The notes: generated from the sequence alone by a model not told the origin. Counted from the stretch's first letter, positions 11,459 to 21,804 are shown. The stretch: 64,000 nucleotides of DNA from Candidatus Methylomirabilales bacterium (GCA_046758505.1 JBHIAH010000004.1:43944-107943), one strand, 5' to 3'. Program-made: numbers and translations.

Positions 11459-12055
11459 CTACTTGACCTCGGCAACGGCTTGCGCCTTCTTTCCGCTTTT
11501 CTCGTTGTTGCCCGCCGCCCGCTCCACTCTTTTGGGCATCGCCTTGCTTGCCCGCGCGATGGCGATCCGCCCGGTCCGGACAAACTCCTGAATCCCAAAG
11601 GGACGCAGAAGTTCCAAGAGGGCCTGAATCTTGTGTTCGTCGCCACTCGCCTCCAGGGTATAGTTGCGGTGGGTGACATCCACGACCTTGGCCCGGAAGA
11701 TATCCGCGATCCGCAGGATCTCAGCCCGGTTGGGGGCCTCGGCGTTCACCCGGACCAGGATCATTTCTCGCTCGACGAAGTCCTCCTCGGTGAGATCGAC
11801 CACCTTGGCCACATCGATCAGCCGATTGAGTTGCTTGACCACCTGCTCCATGACCCAGTCATCCCCGTGGACCACGAGGGTAATCCGGGATAACGAATTG
11901 TCCATCGTCTCCCCGACGGAGACGCTGTTGATGTTATAGCCCTTGGCCGCGATCAGTCCGGCAATCCTGGCGAGCACACCGATTCGGTTCTCTACCAAGA
12001 GTGTCAGGATGTGCCGCTGCGAGGGGGTATGTCCTTTCATTCTCGCCTCATCCAT
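11459..12055 (-). CDS. ilvN: Acetolactate synthase small subunit
   Basis: ACT domain LVENRIGVLARI, KQLNRLIDV, VRTGRIA. Confidence 0.95.
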   Translation of the reverse strand: MDEARMKGHTPSQRHILTLLVENRIGVLARIAGLIAAKGYNINSVSVGETMDNSLSRITLVVHGDDWVMEQVVKQLNRLIDVAKVVDLTEEDFVEREMILVRVNAEAPNRAEILRIADIFRAKVVDVTHRNYTLEASGDEHKIQALLELLRPFGIQEFVRTGRIAIARASKAMPKRVERAAGNNEKSGKKAQAVAEVK

Positions 12056-12127
12056 GCACCCCGCTGTCTCCTGAAAGCCCGCGGCTCACCGGACCAGGAG
12101 AGCAGCAGGGGGCGAAGGAATTATCCG

Positions 12128-13867
12128 TTACCGCCAGCCCTGGAATAACTTATCGGGAACCGGTTCCCCGACGTCGATGATGTCCTTGATCGCCGCCCCT
12201 GCAGGGATCATGGGGAAGCAGTTTTCCTCGCGTTCCACGACTATATCAACCACGACTGGACCCGGCGTGTTGACGGCCTTCTCGATCCCCGCCTTGACCT
12301 CTTCCGGCCGTTCGATCCGGACTCCGGCAACCCCGTACGCCTCTGCGAGTTTCACAAAATCGGGCTGGTGGCCGATGTCTACCTGGGAGTACCGATGGCC
12401 GTAAAAAAGTTGCTGCCACTGACGCACCATGCCCAGGAACTTATTGTTGATGATGAAGGTCTTGACCGGCAGCCCGTAGTGCACGAGCGTCACAAGATCC
12501 TGCATCGTCATCTGAAAGCTGCCGTCGCCGTCGATGTTCACCACCAAACTGTTGGGGAAAGCCGCCTGGGCCCCCATCGCAGCCGGAAAACCGTATCCCA
12601 TCGTTCCAAGGCCGCCCGACGTGAGGAAGCGGCGAGGCTTGCGGCCCCGGTACACCTGGGCCGCCCACATCTGATGCTGACCCACTCCGGTGGCGATGAT
12701 CGGATCGTACTCCTCCGTGAGGCGAAGGATCATATCGATGGCGTACTGGGGCTTGATCACGCCCTCCCCCTGCTCGTACCGGAGAGGGTGCTCTTTCTTC
12801 CACACCTCGATCTCCGCGTACCATTCCTCGAAGTCCTTCGCCCAGTTCCGCTGCACCTTGCGGAGTTCCTTGTTGAGTTCTCGCAGCACGCACTTCACAT
12901 CGCCGACGACAGGAACGTCCACCGTGACGTTTTTCCGGATAGACGTCGGGTCAATATCCAGGTGGATAATCTTGCACTGCTTCCCGAACTCGGAGAGCTT
13001 CCCCGTGATCCGGTCATCGAAACGCGACCCGATGGCGATCATCAAATCGCAGTGCACCATGCACATGTTGGCCCAGTAGGTCCCGTGCATCCCGAGCATC
13101 CCCAGCCAGAGAGGATGGTCAGTGGGAAGAGCCCCGAGCCCCATCAGGGTCAGGGTGGTCGGGATCTGGGTGATTCCCACCATCTCGTGAAGTTCTGCGG
13201 ACGCGTCCGAATGGATAATGCCCCCGCCCCCGTAAATCACCGGGCGCTTGGCCTGCGCGATCAACTCGGCCGCTTTCTTGATCTGGCCGGGATGTCCGTA
13301 AATCTGGGGATTATAGCCGCGGATGGAGACGTCTTTCGGGTAGCCCCGGAACGTGCCATGCCCCATCACCGCATCCTTCGGCAGGTCCACCAGGACCGGG
13401 CCCGGGCGACCCGAGCGGGCGATATAATACGCCTCTTTGATGATGCGCGGAATGTCTTCGGTTTTGAGGGCCAAGAAGTTGTGCTTGGTACAGGCCCGCG
13501 TCGTCCCCACCACATCGGCCTCTTGGAAGGCATCGCATCCCATGACGGCCGTCGGCACCTGTCCGGTGAGAACCACAATCGCCATGGAGTCCATGAGCGC
13601 ATCGGTGATCGCGGTCACACAGTTCGTGGCCCCCGGACCCGAGGTGACCATGACCGTCCCCGCCTTTCCCGTGGCCTTGTAATATCCTTCGGCGGCATGG
13701 GTCGCCGCCTGCTCGTGACGGCATAAAATATGCTGAATGGGGTAATCCATGAGGACGTCATACGCGTGGAGGATCGCCCCACCGGGGTGACCAAAGATCG
13801 TGGTCACCCCTTCCTCCGCAAGACAGTTCATCAGGATCTCCGATCCTGTCATCCTCGTCATCGTCAT
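12128..13867 (-). CDS. ilvB: Acetolactate synthase large subunit
   Basis: RHEQ, TSGPGATN, GQHQMW, GDGSFQM...NN; ATG at 13867 after GGAGGG. Confidence 0.97.
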   Translation of the reverse strand: MTMTRMTGSEILMNCLAEEGVTTIFGHPGGAILHAYDVLMDYPIQHILCRHEQAATHAAEGYYKATGKAGTVMVTSGPGATNCVTAITDALMDSMAIVVLTGQVPTAVMGCDAFQEADVVGTTRACTKHNFLALKTEDIPRIIKEAYYIARSGRPGPVLVDLPKDAVMGHGTFRGYPKDVSIRGYNPQIYGHPGQIKKAAELIAQAKRPVIYGGGGIIHSDASAELHEMVGITQIPTTLTLMGLGALPTDHPLWLGMLGMHGTYWANMCMVHCDLMIAIGSRFDDRITGKLSEFGKQCKIIHLDIDPTSIRKNVTVDVPVVGDVKCVLRELNKELRKVQRNWAKDFEEWYAEIEVWKKEHPLRYEQGEGVIKPQYAIDMILRLTEEYDPIIATGVGQHQMWAAQVYRGRKPRRFLTSGGLGTMGYGFPAAMGAQAAFPNSLVVNIDGDGSFQMTMQDLVTLVHYGLPVKTFIINNKFLGMVRQWQQLFYGHRYSQVDIGHQPDFVKLAEAYGVAGVRIERPEEVKAGIEKAVNTPGPVVVDIVVEREENCFPMIPAGAAIKDIIDVGEPVPDKLFQGWR

Positions 13868-14113
13868 GCCCTCCTGCGTTGAGCGCGGGGTCCTCAAGAC
13901 CCAGGCGCCGAGCTAACCCGTGCGTAGAACAAAAGGGCGGCGTGGCTCAATCAAGGCGAAGTTTCCGACATGCGTCCCGAGACCCCCACCTCCTACCCTG
14001 ACAGTCATGGCTCTCCTCCCTAATTCTCAGCTTGAATTATGTGCCAGATCTTCACACAAACAATGAAGAATCGGTGTTGGCACGAATTCAGGGCGATAAG
14101 AAATGTGTGGCAG

Positions 14114-14143
14114 AGCATACCCCCTGCTTCCCTCCCCTGTCAA
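14114..14143 (-). promoter_or_regulatory. Putative sigma70 promoter of the ilvBNC operon
   Basis: Minus strand TTGACA-18 nt-TATGCT. Confidence 0.55.
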
Positions 14144-14151
14144 CAGAAATC

Positions 14152-15744
14152 TCAGCCTTTGCCCCTCAACCCACCTTGAATGAGGCTCTTGAGGAGCCGA
14201 ACCTCCTCACAGCCGAGGGAAGCCGCGGCGGCGAAAAAGACCGCCATCCCCAGCCCCAGCTCCCCCACGAAGCGGGTAATTTCCAGACCGACCCCGCGAC
14301 CCTCGAGGGACGGCAGCAGGATTTGAAGAGCGAGGAGCGTCCCCGCCATGCACAGTCCTGCAAGCGCCGTTTTTTGAAGGGATCGTGCCAGGACCCCTCC
14401 CCCCAGCGAGCCGAGGCGTTTTCTGAGAAAGACCACGAGGAGGGAGAAGTTAACCATGGAAGCGAGGGAGGTTGCGACCGCGAGTCCCGTTGCCTGCAGC
14501 GGCCGCATGAGCAGGAGGCTGAACACGATATTGCTCGCGACAGCGATGGCTCCCGCCTTGACGGGAGTCACCGTGTCCTGAAAAGCATAAAACGCTCGGA
14601 CAAGAACCCGATTGACCACAAAGAAACAGAGACCGAGGGAGTATCCCAGCAGGACCTGCGCTGTAGCGGCCGTCGCTGCACCCGTAAACTCGCCTCGTTC
14701 AAAGAGGAGACGGATAATGGTGTGCCGGTAGATGGCAAGGCCCAGGAGGGCAGGAACGGTCAGGAAGAGGCTGAACCGCAGGGCGAAAACGAGTGTCTTC
14801 CGGACATCTTCTGGTGATTGCTGCGCGGCGGCGGCGGCCATGGTGGGGAGGACGGCCGTCGCCATGGCTACGCCGACCAGCCCGATGGGGACGTGGATGA
14901 GGCGGAAGGCGTAGTAGAGGTAAGAGACCGACCCCTGCACGAGGAAGGTGGCCAAAAGCGTCGTGATGAATATATTCAGCTGGGTGCTGGCGAGCCCGGC
15001 GACGCCCGGGGCCATTAATCTTCCGATCCGCGGTAAGGCTGGGTCTCTCCACTCCCCCTTCCGCGTGAGAATGACGCCGCGGCGCAGGGCAGGCGGAAAT
15101 TGGAAAAGGAGCTGGAGGCACCCGCCCCCCAACACTCCATATGCTAGGGCATAGACCGGCTTCTCAAGCCGCGGACCCAGAACGAGGAGACTCACAATGA
15201 TCGAGATGTTGAGGAGGGCCGGGGAGAAGGCCGGGGCGGCAAAGTGGCCCAGGGCGTTTAAAATCCCCATCATGAGCGCGGTGAGCCCGATAAAGAAGAG
15301 ATAGGGAAACATCATGCGGGTGAGGTCGATGGTGAGGGCGAGTTTTTCAGGATCTACCCGCCACCCAAGGGCCATAAGGTTGACGAGGATCGGAGCACTC
15401 ACGATCCCCACGGCGCATATCACCACGAGAATCAGACTCAGCATCCAAAAGGCCGCCGCAGCCATCCGAAAGGCAGACGGCCGTCCCCGCTTGGTCAGGG
15501 TCTCGGTGAAAACAGGAATAAAGGCGGCGGAGAGGGCCCCCTCCCCAAGGAGCTCTCGGGCCATGTTCGGGATGCGAAAGGCCACAAAGAACGCATCCGC
15601 AGCCAATCCCGCCCCGAAGCCATGGGCGATGAGCATATCCCGGATATATCCCAGGACCCGGCTTACGAATGTCGCCCCGCTGACCACCGAGGCGGCCACT
15701 GTCAGGCGGTGCATCGAGGTTTTGGGGTCAATAGTGCTTGACAT
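14152..15744 (-). CDS. murJ: Lipid II flippase MurJ (MviN)
   Basis: SRVLGYIRD, AFRIPN..R.LLGEGALSAAFIPVF, many TM helices. Confidence 0.96.
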   Translation of the reverse strand: MSSTIDPKTSMHRLTVAASVVSGATFVSRVLGYIRDMLIAHGFGAGLAADAFFVAFRIPNMARELLGEGALSAAFIPVFTETLTKRGRPSAFRMAAAAFWMLSLILVVICAVGIVSAPILVNLMALGWRVDPEKLALTIDLTRMMFPYLFFIGLTALMMGILNALGHFAAPAFSPALLNISIIVSLLVLGPRLEKPVYALAYGVLGGGCLQLLFQFPPALRRGVILTRKGEWRDPALPRIGRLMAPGVAGLASTQLNIFITTLLATFLVQGSVSYLYYAFRLIHVPIGLVGVAMATAVLPTMAAAAAQQSPEDVRKTLVFALRFSLFLTVPALLGLAIYRHTIIRLLFERGEFTGAATAATAQVLLGYSLGLCFFVVNRVLVRAFYAFQDTVTPVKAGAIAVASNIVFSLLLMRPLQATGLAVATSLASMVNFSLLVVFLRKRLGSLGGGVLARSLQKTALAGLCMAGTLLALQILLPSLEGRGVGLEITRFVGELGLGMAVFFAAAASLGCEEVRLLKSLIQGGLRGKG

Positions 15745-15766
15745 GGAGGCGAGATTCCCCTATAAA
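15738..15766 (+). promoter_or_regulatory. Putative sigma70 promoter of rpsT
   Basis: TTGACA-17 nt-TATAAA upstream of rpsT. Confidence 0.55.
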
Positions 15767-15802
15767 AAGACTCTCGACCCGGTCCGCGTAGAGGAGATAA
15801 TA

Positions 15803-16075
15803 ATGCCCAACACCAAATCAGCCGCAAAGCGCCTGCGCCAGGTGAACGCGCGAACCCTCCGCAACCGGGCGGCCAAAAGCCGCCTCCGCACCAGCATGAA
15901 AAGGGTCCACCAGGCCGTAAAGACGGGGAACCGCGAGGCGGCCGCGGCGGCGTTTCGCGCGGCCGTCGCGACGATCGACAAAACCGCCTCCAAGGGAATT
16001 ATTCATTCCCGGACGGCGGCCCGGTACAAGTCCCGACTCGCCCATCGCTTGCCATCTCCCGGTACCGCTCTATAA
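15803..16075 (+). CDS. rpsT: 30S ribosomal protein S20
   Basis: MPNTKSAAKR...IDKTASKGIIH..TAARYKSRL; SD GAGGAG. Confidence 0.96.
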   Translation: MPNTKSAAKRLRQVNARTLRNRAAKSRLRTSMKRVHQAVKTGNREAAAAAFRAAVATIDKTASKGIIHSRTAARYKSRLAHRLPSPGTAL

Positions 16076-16083
16076 CCTCGCCC

Positions 16084-17085
16084 TCACGAACAGAGATCGA
16101 TAATCGCCAACTCGAGATGCAGGGGTCGGCCCCTTCCCCAGGATTTCAGCTTCCGATCCAGGTCAAGCAGGCGTACCAGCCCCTGCTCCAGCCGAGGTAG
16201 GGACGACGCCTTGGCCCCCTCGAGAATCTCTGGAAGAAATGGGCGGGGGATCCCCAGGAGCTGGCCAATCTCGGCGACAGGGCGAGACTGCGCAAGCAGT
16301 TCCTGGGCTCGCAAGAGCAGGCGCAGCTGACGCGCCAGCATCCCGAGGATCGCCAAAGGTTCCTCTCCCTGTTCCAGGAGCCGCCGGAGGCAAAACAACG
16401 CGCCCTCCAGGTCCCGGCGGCTCACCGCTCGGGTGAGATCAAAGATCCCTTGGACCCTGCCTTGGCCAACCAGCGCCTCGACCGCCCCGACGTCGATCTG
16501 CTGCCGTTCCCCCACAAAGCAACACAGCTTGTCTACCTCCTGGCACAGACGGAGAAGGTCCGGCCCTTGAAGGGTGAGCAGGAGTTGCTCCGCTTCGAGG
16601 CTCAGGGACTTTCCGTGCTGTCTCACCCGTTCCCGCATCCACTGCTGGCACCGCCGTTGGCGTTCCTTCTCGTGCCGTGGGGGGGTAAACCGGAGAACTT
16701 TTCCCACCTGATCTATGCGTCGGAGTCCGGGATTCCGCTGGTCCAGCTTGTCCGCGACACAGATCAGGCACGTGGTGGCGGATGGGGATTCGAGGTAGGC
16801 GAGAATCGCGTCCCACACCTCCCTGCGGAGGTGATCGGCCCCTTTCAGTACCACGACCCGCCGCGGGGAGAACGCGGGGACCGTGCGGCAGCGCGTGGCG
16901 AGATCCGCTCCGGCGACATCACTCCCCGAGAGAGTATCCACGTTGAGGGTCTCCGTCCCGGGCGGCAGGAGCGCCTGGAGGAGGCGGGAGAGGAACTCAT
17001 CACGGAGGAGAACCTCCTCACCCAGGAGGAGATATACCGGGGCGACGTGGCCCCGAGTTACGGCTTGGAGGAGTGGCGCAAACAG
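16084..17085 (-). CDS. holA: DNA polymerase III delta subunit; probable CTG start
   Basis: The open frame extends upstream of the track start and encodes the conserved PVYLLLGEE motif; also EVDKL and IFDLT motifs; leuS-lptE-holA-rpsT context. Confidence 0.88.
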   Translation of the reverse strand: MFAPLLQAVTRGHVAPVYLLLGEEVLLRDEFLSRLLQALLPPGTETLNVDTLSGSDVAGADLATRCRTVPAFSPRRVVVLKGADHLRREVWDAILAYLESPSATTCLICVADKLDQRNPGLRRIDQVGKVLRFTPPRHEKERQRRCQQWMRERVRQHGKSLSLEAEQLLLTLQGPDLLRLCQEVDKLCCFVGERQQIDVGAVEALVGQGRVQGIFDLTRAVSRRDLEGALFCLRRLLEQGEEPLAILGMLARQLRLLLRAQELLAQSRPVAEIGQLLGIPRPFLPEILEGAKASSLPRLEQGLVRLLDLDRKLKSWGRGRPLHLELAIIDLCS

Positions 17086-17094
17086 TGTCGTCCC

Positions 17095-17601
17095 TCAGAA
17101 GGGTTCCACCACGCGTGTTACGACCTGATCGGCGAGGTTGCGAAGGGCCCGACGGACGGCTTCATCTTCTGCGACCTGCGTTCCCGTAACCCCCGGCGGG
17201 GCCGAATAGTAGGCCTCGCCCCGGACCTGCTCATTGGCCAACTCGACCTTGCCACTCCGCTGGACCACCTGCAGGTCGAGGACGACCACCATCCTGAACC
17301 GCCGGGCGATGTCTGTAGAATCGAATGATACCGGATTTCGCTCGAGGGCGGTGATCGTGGCCTTCATCGCGGCGTCCGCCTCACCTTCCTCTTTCACGAC
17401 CCGCCCCCCGGCGCTCAGGATTCGCTGTGTCAGGGCCTGGGTAAGGTCGGTCTCCAGTCCTGGCCGAAAAGCTCCGGGATTGCTGACCGTGAGATGGATT
17501 CGTTTCAGATGCCCCGGAAGGCTCACCTGCCCGTGATAGCCACATGCGCCCCCAAGCGCCGGGATCAGGCCAAGGCCAATCAGGACCAGGCCTTTTTTCA
17601 C
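17095..17601 (-). CDS. lptE: LPS assembly lipoprotein LptE family
   Basis: Lipoprotein signal ending GGA-CGY; between leuS and holA. Confidence 0.8.
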   Translation of the reverse strand: MKKGLVLIGLGLIPALGGACGYHGQVSLPGHLKRIHLTVSNPGAFRPGLETDLTQALTQRILSAGGRVVKEEGEADAAMKATITALERNPVSFDSTDIARRFRMVVVLDLQVVQRSGKVELANEQVRGEAYYSAPPGVTGTQVAEDEAVRRALRNLADQVVTRVVEPF

Positions 17602-17615
17602 GAGTCCCCCCTTCG

Positions 17616-17731
17616 GGCTGTCCGCTGTCCGCCCTCGAGCTCAAAGAGTTCAAGGTGCGAAGTGCAATGTTTACACTGTGAACATCGCACGGTGAATCCT
17701 CGCAAGCCTGAACGCTGACTGCTGACCGCGA
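17616..17731. repeat. Inverted 7-bp tandem repeat element (leuS-lptE spacer)
   Basis: GGCTGTC-CGCTGTC ... CGCTGAC-TGCTGAC enclosing GAGTTCA-AGGTGCG-AAGTGCA-ATGTTTA / TGAACA-TCGCAC-GGTGAA. Confidence 0.55.
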
Positions 17732-20311
17732 CTACCCGTCCGTTACAATATTCACCAGCTTCTTGGGAACCACGATGACCCGTTTCACCTGTCTCCCGTG
17801 AAGCCACGTTTGAACACGGCCGTCCTCGAGCGCCGCCGTCCGAAGCTCGCCCTCCCCAGCATCGGCAGGAAGGGAGATCCGGCTCCGCAGTTTGCCGTTC
17901 ACCTGGACCACCACGAGAAGTTCTTCTCGCTGAACGACCTCTGCATCATAGGTTGGCCACGGCTCGTGGCAGACGCTCCCTGGATGTCCGAGGCGCTCCC
18001 ACAGCTCCTCCGCCAGGTGGGGGGCGAAGGGGGCGAGAAGCACGAGGAGGGTCTCGACGGCAAAGCGTGCCACGGCGCGCCGCTCCACGAGTCCCGACGG
18101 TTCATCATGCAGCTCAAATTGCCCCAGGGTGTTGACCAGCTCCATGAGGGCGGCGATGGCCGTGTTGAAATGAAAATCCCGGTCCAGGTCCTCGGTCACC
18201 TTCTTGATGGTCAGGTGCGCCTTTTGGTACACCGCTCGACCCACCGTCAGGGCGCCATAGGAAATGGGCATTCCCGGAAGGCGGAGCTCCTCCGCCCAGC
18301 CGTCCACCAGTCGGTAGACCCGGTTCAGGAACCGAAACGCCCCCTCCACCCCTTTATCGGACCATTCCAGATCCTTCTCCGGAGGTGCCGCAAAGAGGGA
18401 AAAGAGACGGGCGGTGTCCGCCCCATACCGATGCAGGAGGTCATCCGGGTCTACCACATTCCGCCGCGACTTGGACATCTTCTCGGTCCGTCCGATCTCG
18501 ACCGGCTGATGACACGTCGTGCAGCGGCCGTCGGCATCCACCTCTTGCGGAAGCCGATACCCATGGGTGGCACATCGGTAGGTCTCCTTGCAGACCATTC
18601 CCTGCGTCAGCAAATTCACAAACGGTTCGTCGTGCAGGATCAGGCCGAGGTCCCGAACCACCCTGGTGAAGAACCGCGCGTACAGCAAGTGGAGGACGGC
18701 GTGTTCGATCCCGCCGATATATTGATCCACCGGCATCCAGTACGCCACCTTTGCCTTCTCCACGGCCTGGTCCCGCGCCTGTGGATTACAAAACCGTAGG
18801 AAGTACCAGGAGGAATCGACAAAGGTATCCATCGTATCGGTTTCCCGTCGGGCCGGCCCCCGACAGGTCGGACAGCGAACATCCACAAAACTCTCGACCC
18901 GGGCAAGGGGAGATCGCCCCCTCATGGTGATGTCCACTTCTCCCGGAAGGAGGACCGGCAAATCGCTGTATGGGACGGGAACCGTGCCGCACTGGTCACA
19001 GTAGACGATAGGAATCGGGGTCCCCCAGTATCGCTGCCGGGAAATTCCCCAGTCCCGAAGCCGGTAGTTCACCGCGCGCCTGCCGATGCCCTCCTTCTCC
19101 AGATGGTGGATCACGGCCTCGCGCCCTTCCGGACTCGGCAACCCGGTGAAGGGACCCGAATTCGCCATCACCCCCTCGTCCTCATACGCTTTTTCCAGCC
19201 CCCCCGCGGTGAGGGTTTCGTGCGCCGGCTCGATCACGACCCGGATAGGGAGGTCGTACTTCTTGGCGAATTCAAAGTCGCGCTGGTCATGGGCGGGGAC
19301 CGCCATGATGGCCCCCGTGCCGTACTCGAGCAAGACGAAATTGGCCAGCCAGATGGGGATCTTCTCTTGGGTCAAGGGGTTGATGGCATACGCGCCAGTG
19401 AAGACCCCTTCCTTCTCTGTGTCGGCCGCGGTCCGGACTACCCGATCTTCCGCCTTCATCCGCTGGATGAAGGTTTGGACCTCCGGCTTGCCCCGCGCGA
19501 GCTGCTGCGCCAGGGAGTGCTCCGGCGCGAGGACCATAAAGGTGGCCCCGTAGAGGGTGTCCTGCCGGGTGGTAAAAATGGTGAGAGCGCTCCCCTCCGC
19601 CACGAGGGGGAAACTCACCTCTGCGCCGACGCTCTTCCCGATCCAGTTCCGCTGCATCGTCTTGACCCGCTCGGGCCAGCCGGGGAGGCGATCCAGCCCC
19701 TGGAGCAGTTCCTCGGCGTATGCGGTGATTTTGAAGAACCACTGGTCGAGCTCTTTCTGGACAACCTCCGACTCGTCCCGCCAGCACCGCCCCCCCTCCA
19801 CCTGTTCGTTGGCGAGGACGGTCTGGCAGACCTCACACCAGTTGACACAGGCGGGCTTCTTTTCGGCAATCCCCTTTTCGTACATCTTGAGGAAGAGCCA
19901 CTGGTTCCAGCGGTAGTACTCCGGATCACTGCAGGTGATCTCCCGATCCCAGTCGTAGGATAACCCCATCTGCTTCAGTTGCTTGCGCATGTACGCGATG
20001 TTGTCATAGGTCCAGGTGGCAGGATGGACACCGTGTTCAATGGCCGCATTCTCTGCGGGCAGGCCGAAGGCGTCCCATCCCATCGGGTGCAGGACGTTGT
20101 GGCCCCGCATCCGCAGGTAGCGGGCAACGACGTCTCCGATGGAGTAATTCCGGACGTGGCCCATGTGGATCTTCCCGGAGGGATACGGGTACATCTCAAG
20201 GCAGTAGTACTTCGGCTTGGTGCGGTCCTCCGTCACCCGGAAGACCCGTCCCTCCTCCCAGATCCGCTGCCACTTGGCCTCGAAGCCTTTGAAATCATAT
20301 GCTCTGGCCAT
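17732..20311 (-). CDS. leuS: Leucine--tRNA ligase
   Basis: [13 protein letters not shown] (HIGH), [20 protein letters not shown] editing motif. Confidence 0.98.
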   Translation of the reverse strand: MARAYDFKGFEAKWQRIWEEGRVFRVTEDRTKPKYYCLEMYPYPSGKIHMGHVRNYSIGDVVARYLRMRGHNVLHPMGWDAFGLPAENAAIEHGVHPATWTYDNIAYMRKQLKQMGLSYDWDREITCSDPEYYRWNQWLFLKMYEKGIAEKKPACVNWCEVCQTVLANEQVEGGRCWRDESEVVQKELDQWFFKITAYAEELLQGLDRLPGWPERVKTMQRNWIGKSVGAEVSFPLVAEGSALTIFTTRQDTLYGATFMVLAPEHSLAQQLARGKPEVQTFIQRMKAEDRVVRTAADTEKEGVFTGAYAINPLTQEKIPIWLANFVLLEYGTGAIMAVPAHDQRDFEFAKKYDLPIRVVIEPAHETLTAGGLEKAYEDEGVMANSGPFTGLPSPEGREAVIHHLEKEGIGRRAVNYRLRDWGISRQRYWGTPIPIVYCDQCGTVPVPYSDLPVLLPGEVDITMRGRSPLARVESFVDVRCPTCRGPARRETDTMDTFVDSSWYFLRFCNPQARDQAVEKAKVAYWMPVDQYIGGIEHAVLHLLYARFFTRVVRDLGLILHDEPFVNLLTQGMVCKETYRCATHGYRLPQEVDADGRCTTCHQPVEIGRTEKMSKSRRNVVDPDDLLHRYGADTARLFSLFAAPPEKDLEWSDKGVEGAFRFLNRVYRLVDGWAEELRLPGMPISYGALTVGRAVYQKAHLTIKKVTEDLDRDFHFNTAIAALMELVNTLGQFELHDEPSGLVERRAVARFAVETLLVLLAPFAPHLAEELWERLGHPGSVCHEPWPTYDAEVVQREELLVVVQVNGKLRSRISLPADAGEGELRTAALEDGRVQTWLHGRQVKRVIVVPKKLVNIVTDG

Positions 20312-20507
20312 ACCGGTCCTCACCCGACCCGCGAGAAATTCCGCTTATAGATAGCACAAGCCTCAGACCGTTGCAACTCCTCCCCCCCCCTCCCCCCGGC
20401 CACGATCCCGTCCCGGACGAGCAGGCCTGTGATCCCACCTGCGCATTGCCCGGCGGGACGACGCAGCCTCCGTTGTCCTTCGGGATCCTGACGTCTGGGG
20501 GGGGATG

Positions 20508-21506
20508 CTACGGAATCTCCAGGACCGCCGCCGCGTGCAGCTGGGCCGCCTTGAGGCGTTGGAGGGCGCGATTGGCCTCTTGAAGCGGAAACGTCTCCAC
20601 TTCCGTTCGAATCGGAACCTCGGCTGCGATCCGCAACAGGTCTTCGGCGTCCTGGCGGGTAAAGTTCGTCACGCTGCGAATGGTTCGTTCGTGGTACAGC
20701 TCCTGATAATCGAGCGGGGGAATCGGAGTTAAGTGAATTGCGTTGATGGCGAGGGTACCTCCCATGCACAGGGCACGTAAGGCTTCGGGCACCAGCGTCC
20801 CGACGGGCGCGAAGAGAATGGCACTATCCAGGGGGTGGGGTGGGGCCTCGTCGGCCCTCCCCGCCCAGGTAGCTCCCAGGTCACGGGCCAGCCGCTGGTG
20901 GGCTTCCCCCCGTGTGAAGACCAGCACCTCACAGCCCCAGTGGCGGGCGATCTGAATGACAATGTGGGCAGACCCCCCGAATCCGTACAGGCCGAGGCGC
21001 CCGCCTGGCCTAATTTCGCTCAATCGGAGGGAACGGTAGCCAATGATCCCGGCGCAGAGGAGCGGGGCCGCCTCTGCCGCGGTAAAAGTATCGGGAATCG
21101 CGTAGGCGAATGCCTCATCGACGACGGTAAATTGGGCGTACCCCCCGTCAGCCTGGTACCCGGTAAAGCGGGCGCAGTCACAGAGATTCTCACGGCCCGC
21201 CTCGCAGTATCGGCAGCGCCCGCAGGTCCAGTGCAGCCACCCGACCCCGAGTCGATCGCCTCGATGATAACGGCGGACATCGGGGCCGATCGCCTCCACA
21301 CTCCCCACGATCTGGTGACCCGGAATGACCGGTGTCTTGCGCGCGGGGAGGTCCCCCTCCACGATGTGGAGGTCTGTCCGGCAGACGCCGCAGTGACTCA
21401 CCCGGAGGCGAACCTGCCCGGCTCCGGGGGTGGGCACCGGGACCTCCGCCTCCCTGAGCGGCGCCACCCTCACCCGCGCCGGATGGTCGAGAAGCATTGC
21501 CTTCAT
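20508..21506 (-). CDS. Zinc-dependent alcohol dehydrogenase family protein
   Basis: CGVCRTDLH, GHQIVG, CxxCxxC..C, GLYGFGGSA. Confidence 0.92.
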   Translation of the reverse strand: MKAMLLDHPARVRVAPLREAEVPVPTPGAGQVRLRVSHCGVCRTDLHIVEGDLPARKTPVIPGHQIVGSVEAIGPDVRRYHRGDRLGVGWLHWTCGRCRYCEAGRENLCDCARFTGYQADGGYAQFTVVDEAFAYAIPDTFTAAEAAPLLCAGIIGYRSLRLSEIRPGGRLGLYGFGGSAHIVIQIARHWGCEVLVFTRGEAHQRLARDLGATWAGRADEAPPHPLDSAILFAPVGTLVPEALRALCMGGTLAINAIHLTPIPPLDYQELYHERTIRSVTNFTRQDAEDLLRIAAEVPIRTEVETFPLQEANRALQRLKAAQLHAAAVLEIP

Positions 21507-21519
21507 CCCAAGACCGCTC

Positions 21520-21789
21520 TCAGAGGGGAATTCGATTCTGCCGGCAGTAGTTGGTAAGCAGAAGGATAGCCCGATTCAAGCGCTGGATGCGGAGGTTTTT
21601 CTTTCGAATCGCTTCGGCATCGCCCGGCGGCGTCACGTCGCCCCGGCTATCGCGGAGAGTCTGTTGGAGGCTAGTGTTGACGATTTTCAAATCGGCATGC
21701 GTGTACTTCTTGAGAGTCGCAGGGCTGAGCGTTCGAAAGCCATCCGCCACTTCTCGAGCCATGACTAATGGATTCCCAGCAATGGCCAT
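21520..21789 (-). CDS. Small basic hypothetical protein
   Basis: GGAGAGGG SD before ATG; fits between truA and the dehydrogenase with short gaps. Confidence 0.7.
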   Translation of the reverse strand: MAIAGNPLVMAREVADGFRTLSPATLKKYTHADLKIVNTSLQQTLRDSRGDVTPPGDAEAIRKKNLRIQRLNRAILLLTNYCRQNRIPL

Positions 21790-21804
21790 GCGTCCCTCTC
21801 CTGC

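Noticed and set aside
15314..15802. N-terminal extension of the rpsT ORF (253 aa in the track)
   Set aside because: It overlaps murJ antisense; S20 similarity and the SD begin at ATG 15803
17095..17097. lptE TGA as selenocysteine
   Set aside because: Not at a Cys-like position, no SECIS-like hairpin evident, and LptE is complete at this point
17598..17807. 69-aa CxxCxxC ORF between leuS and lptE
   Set aside because: It is the translation of the heptamer repeat element and overlaps the leuS 3' end
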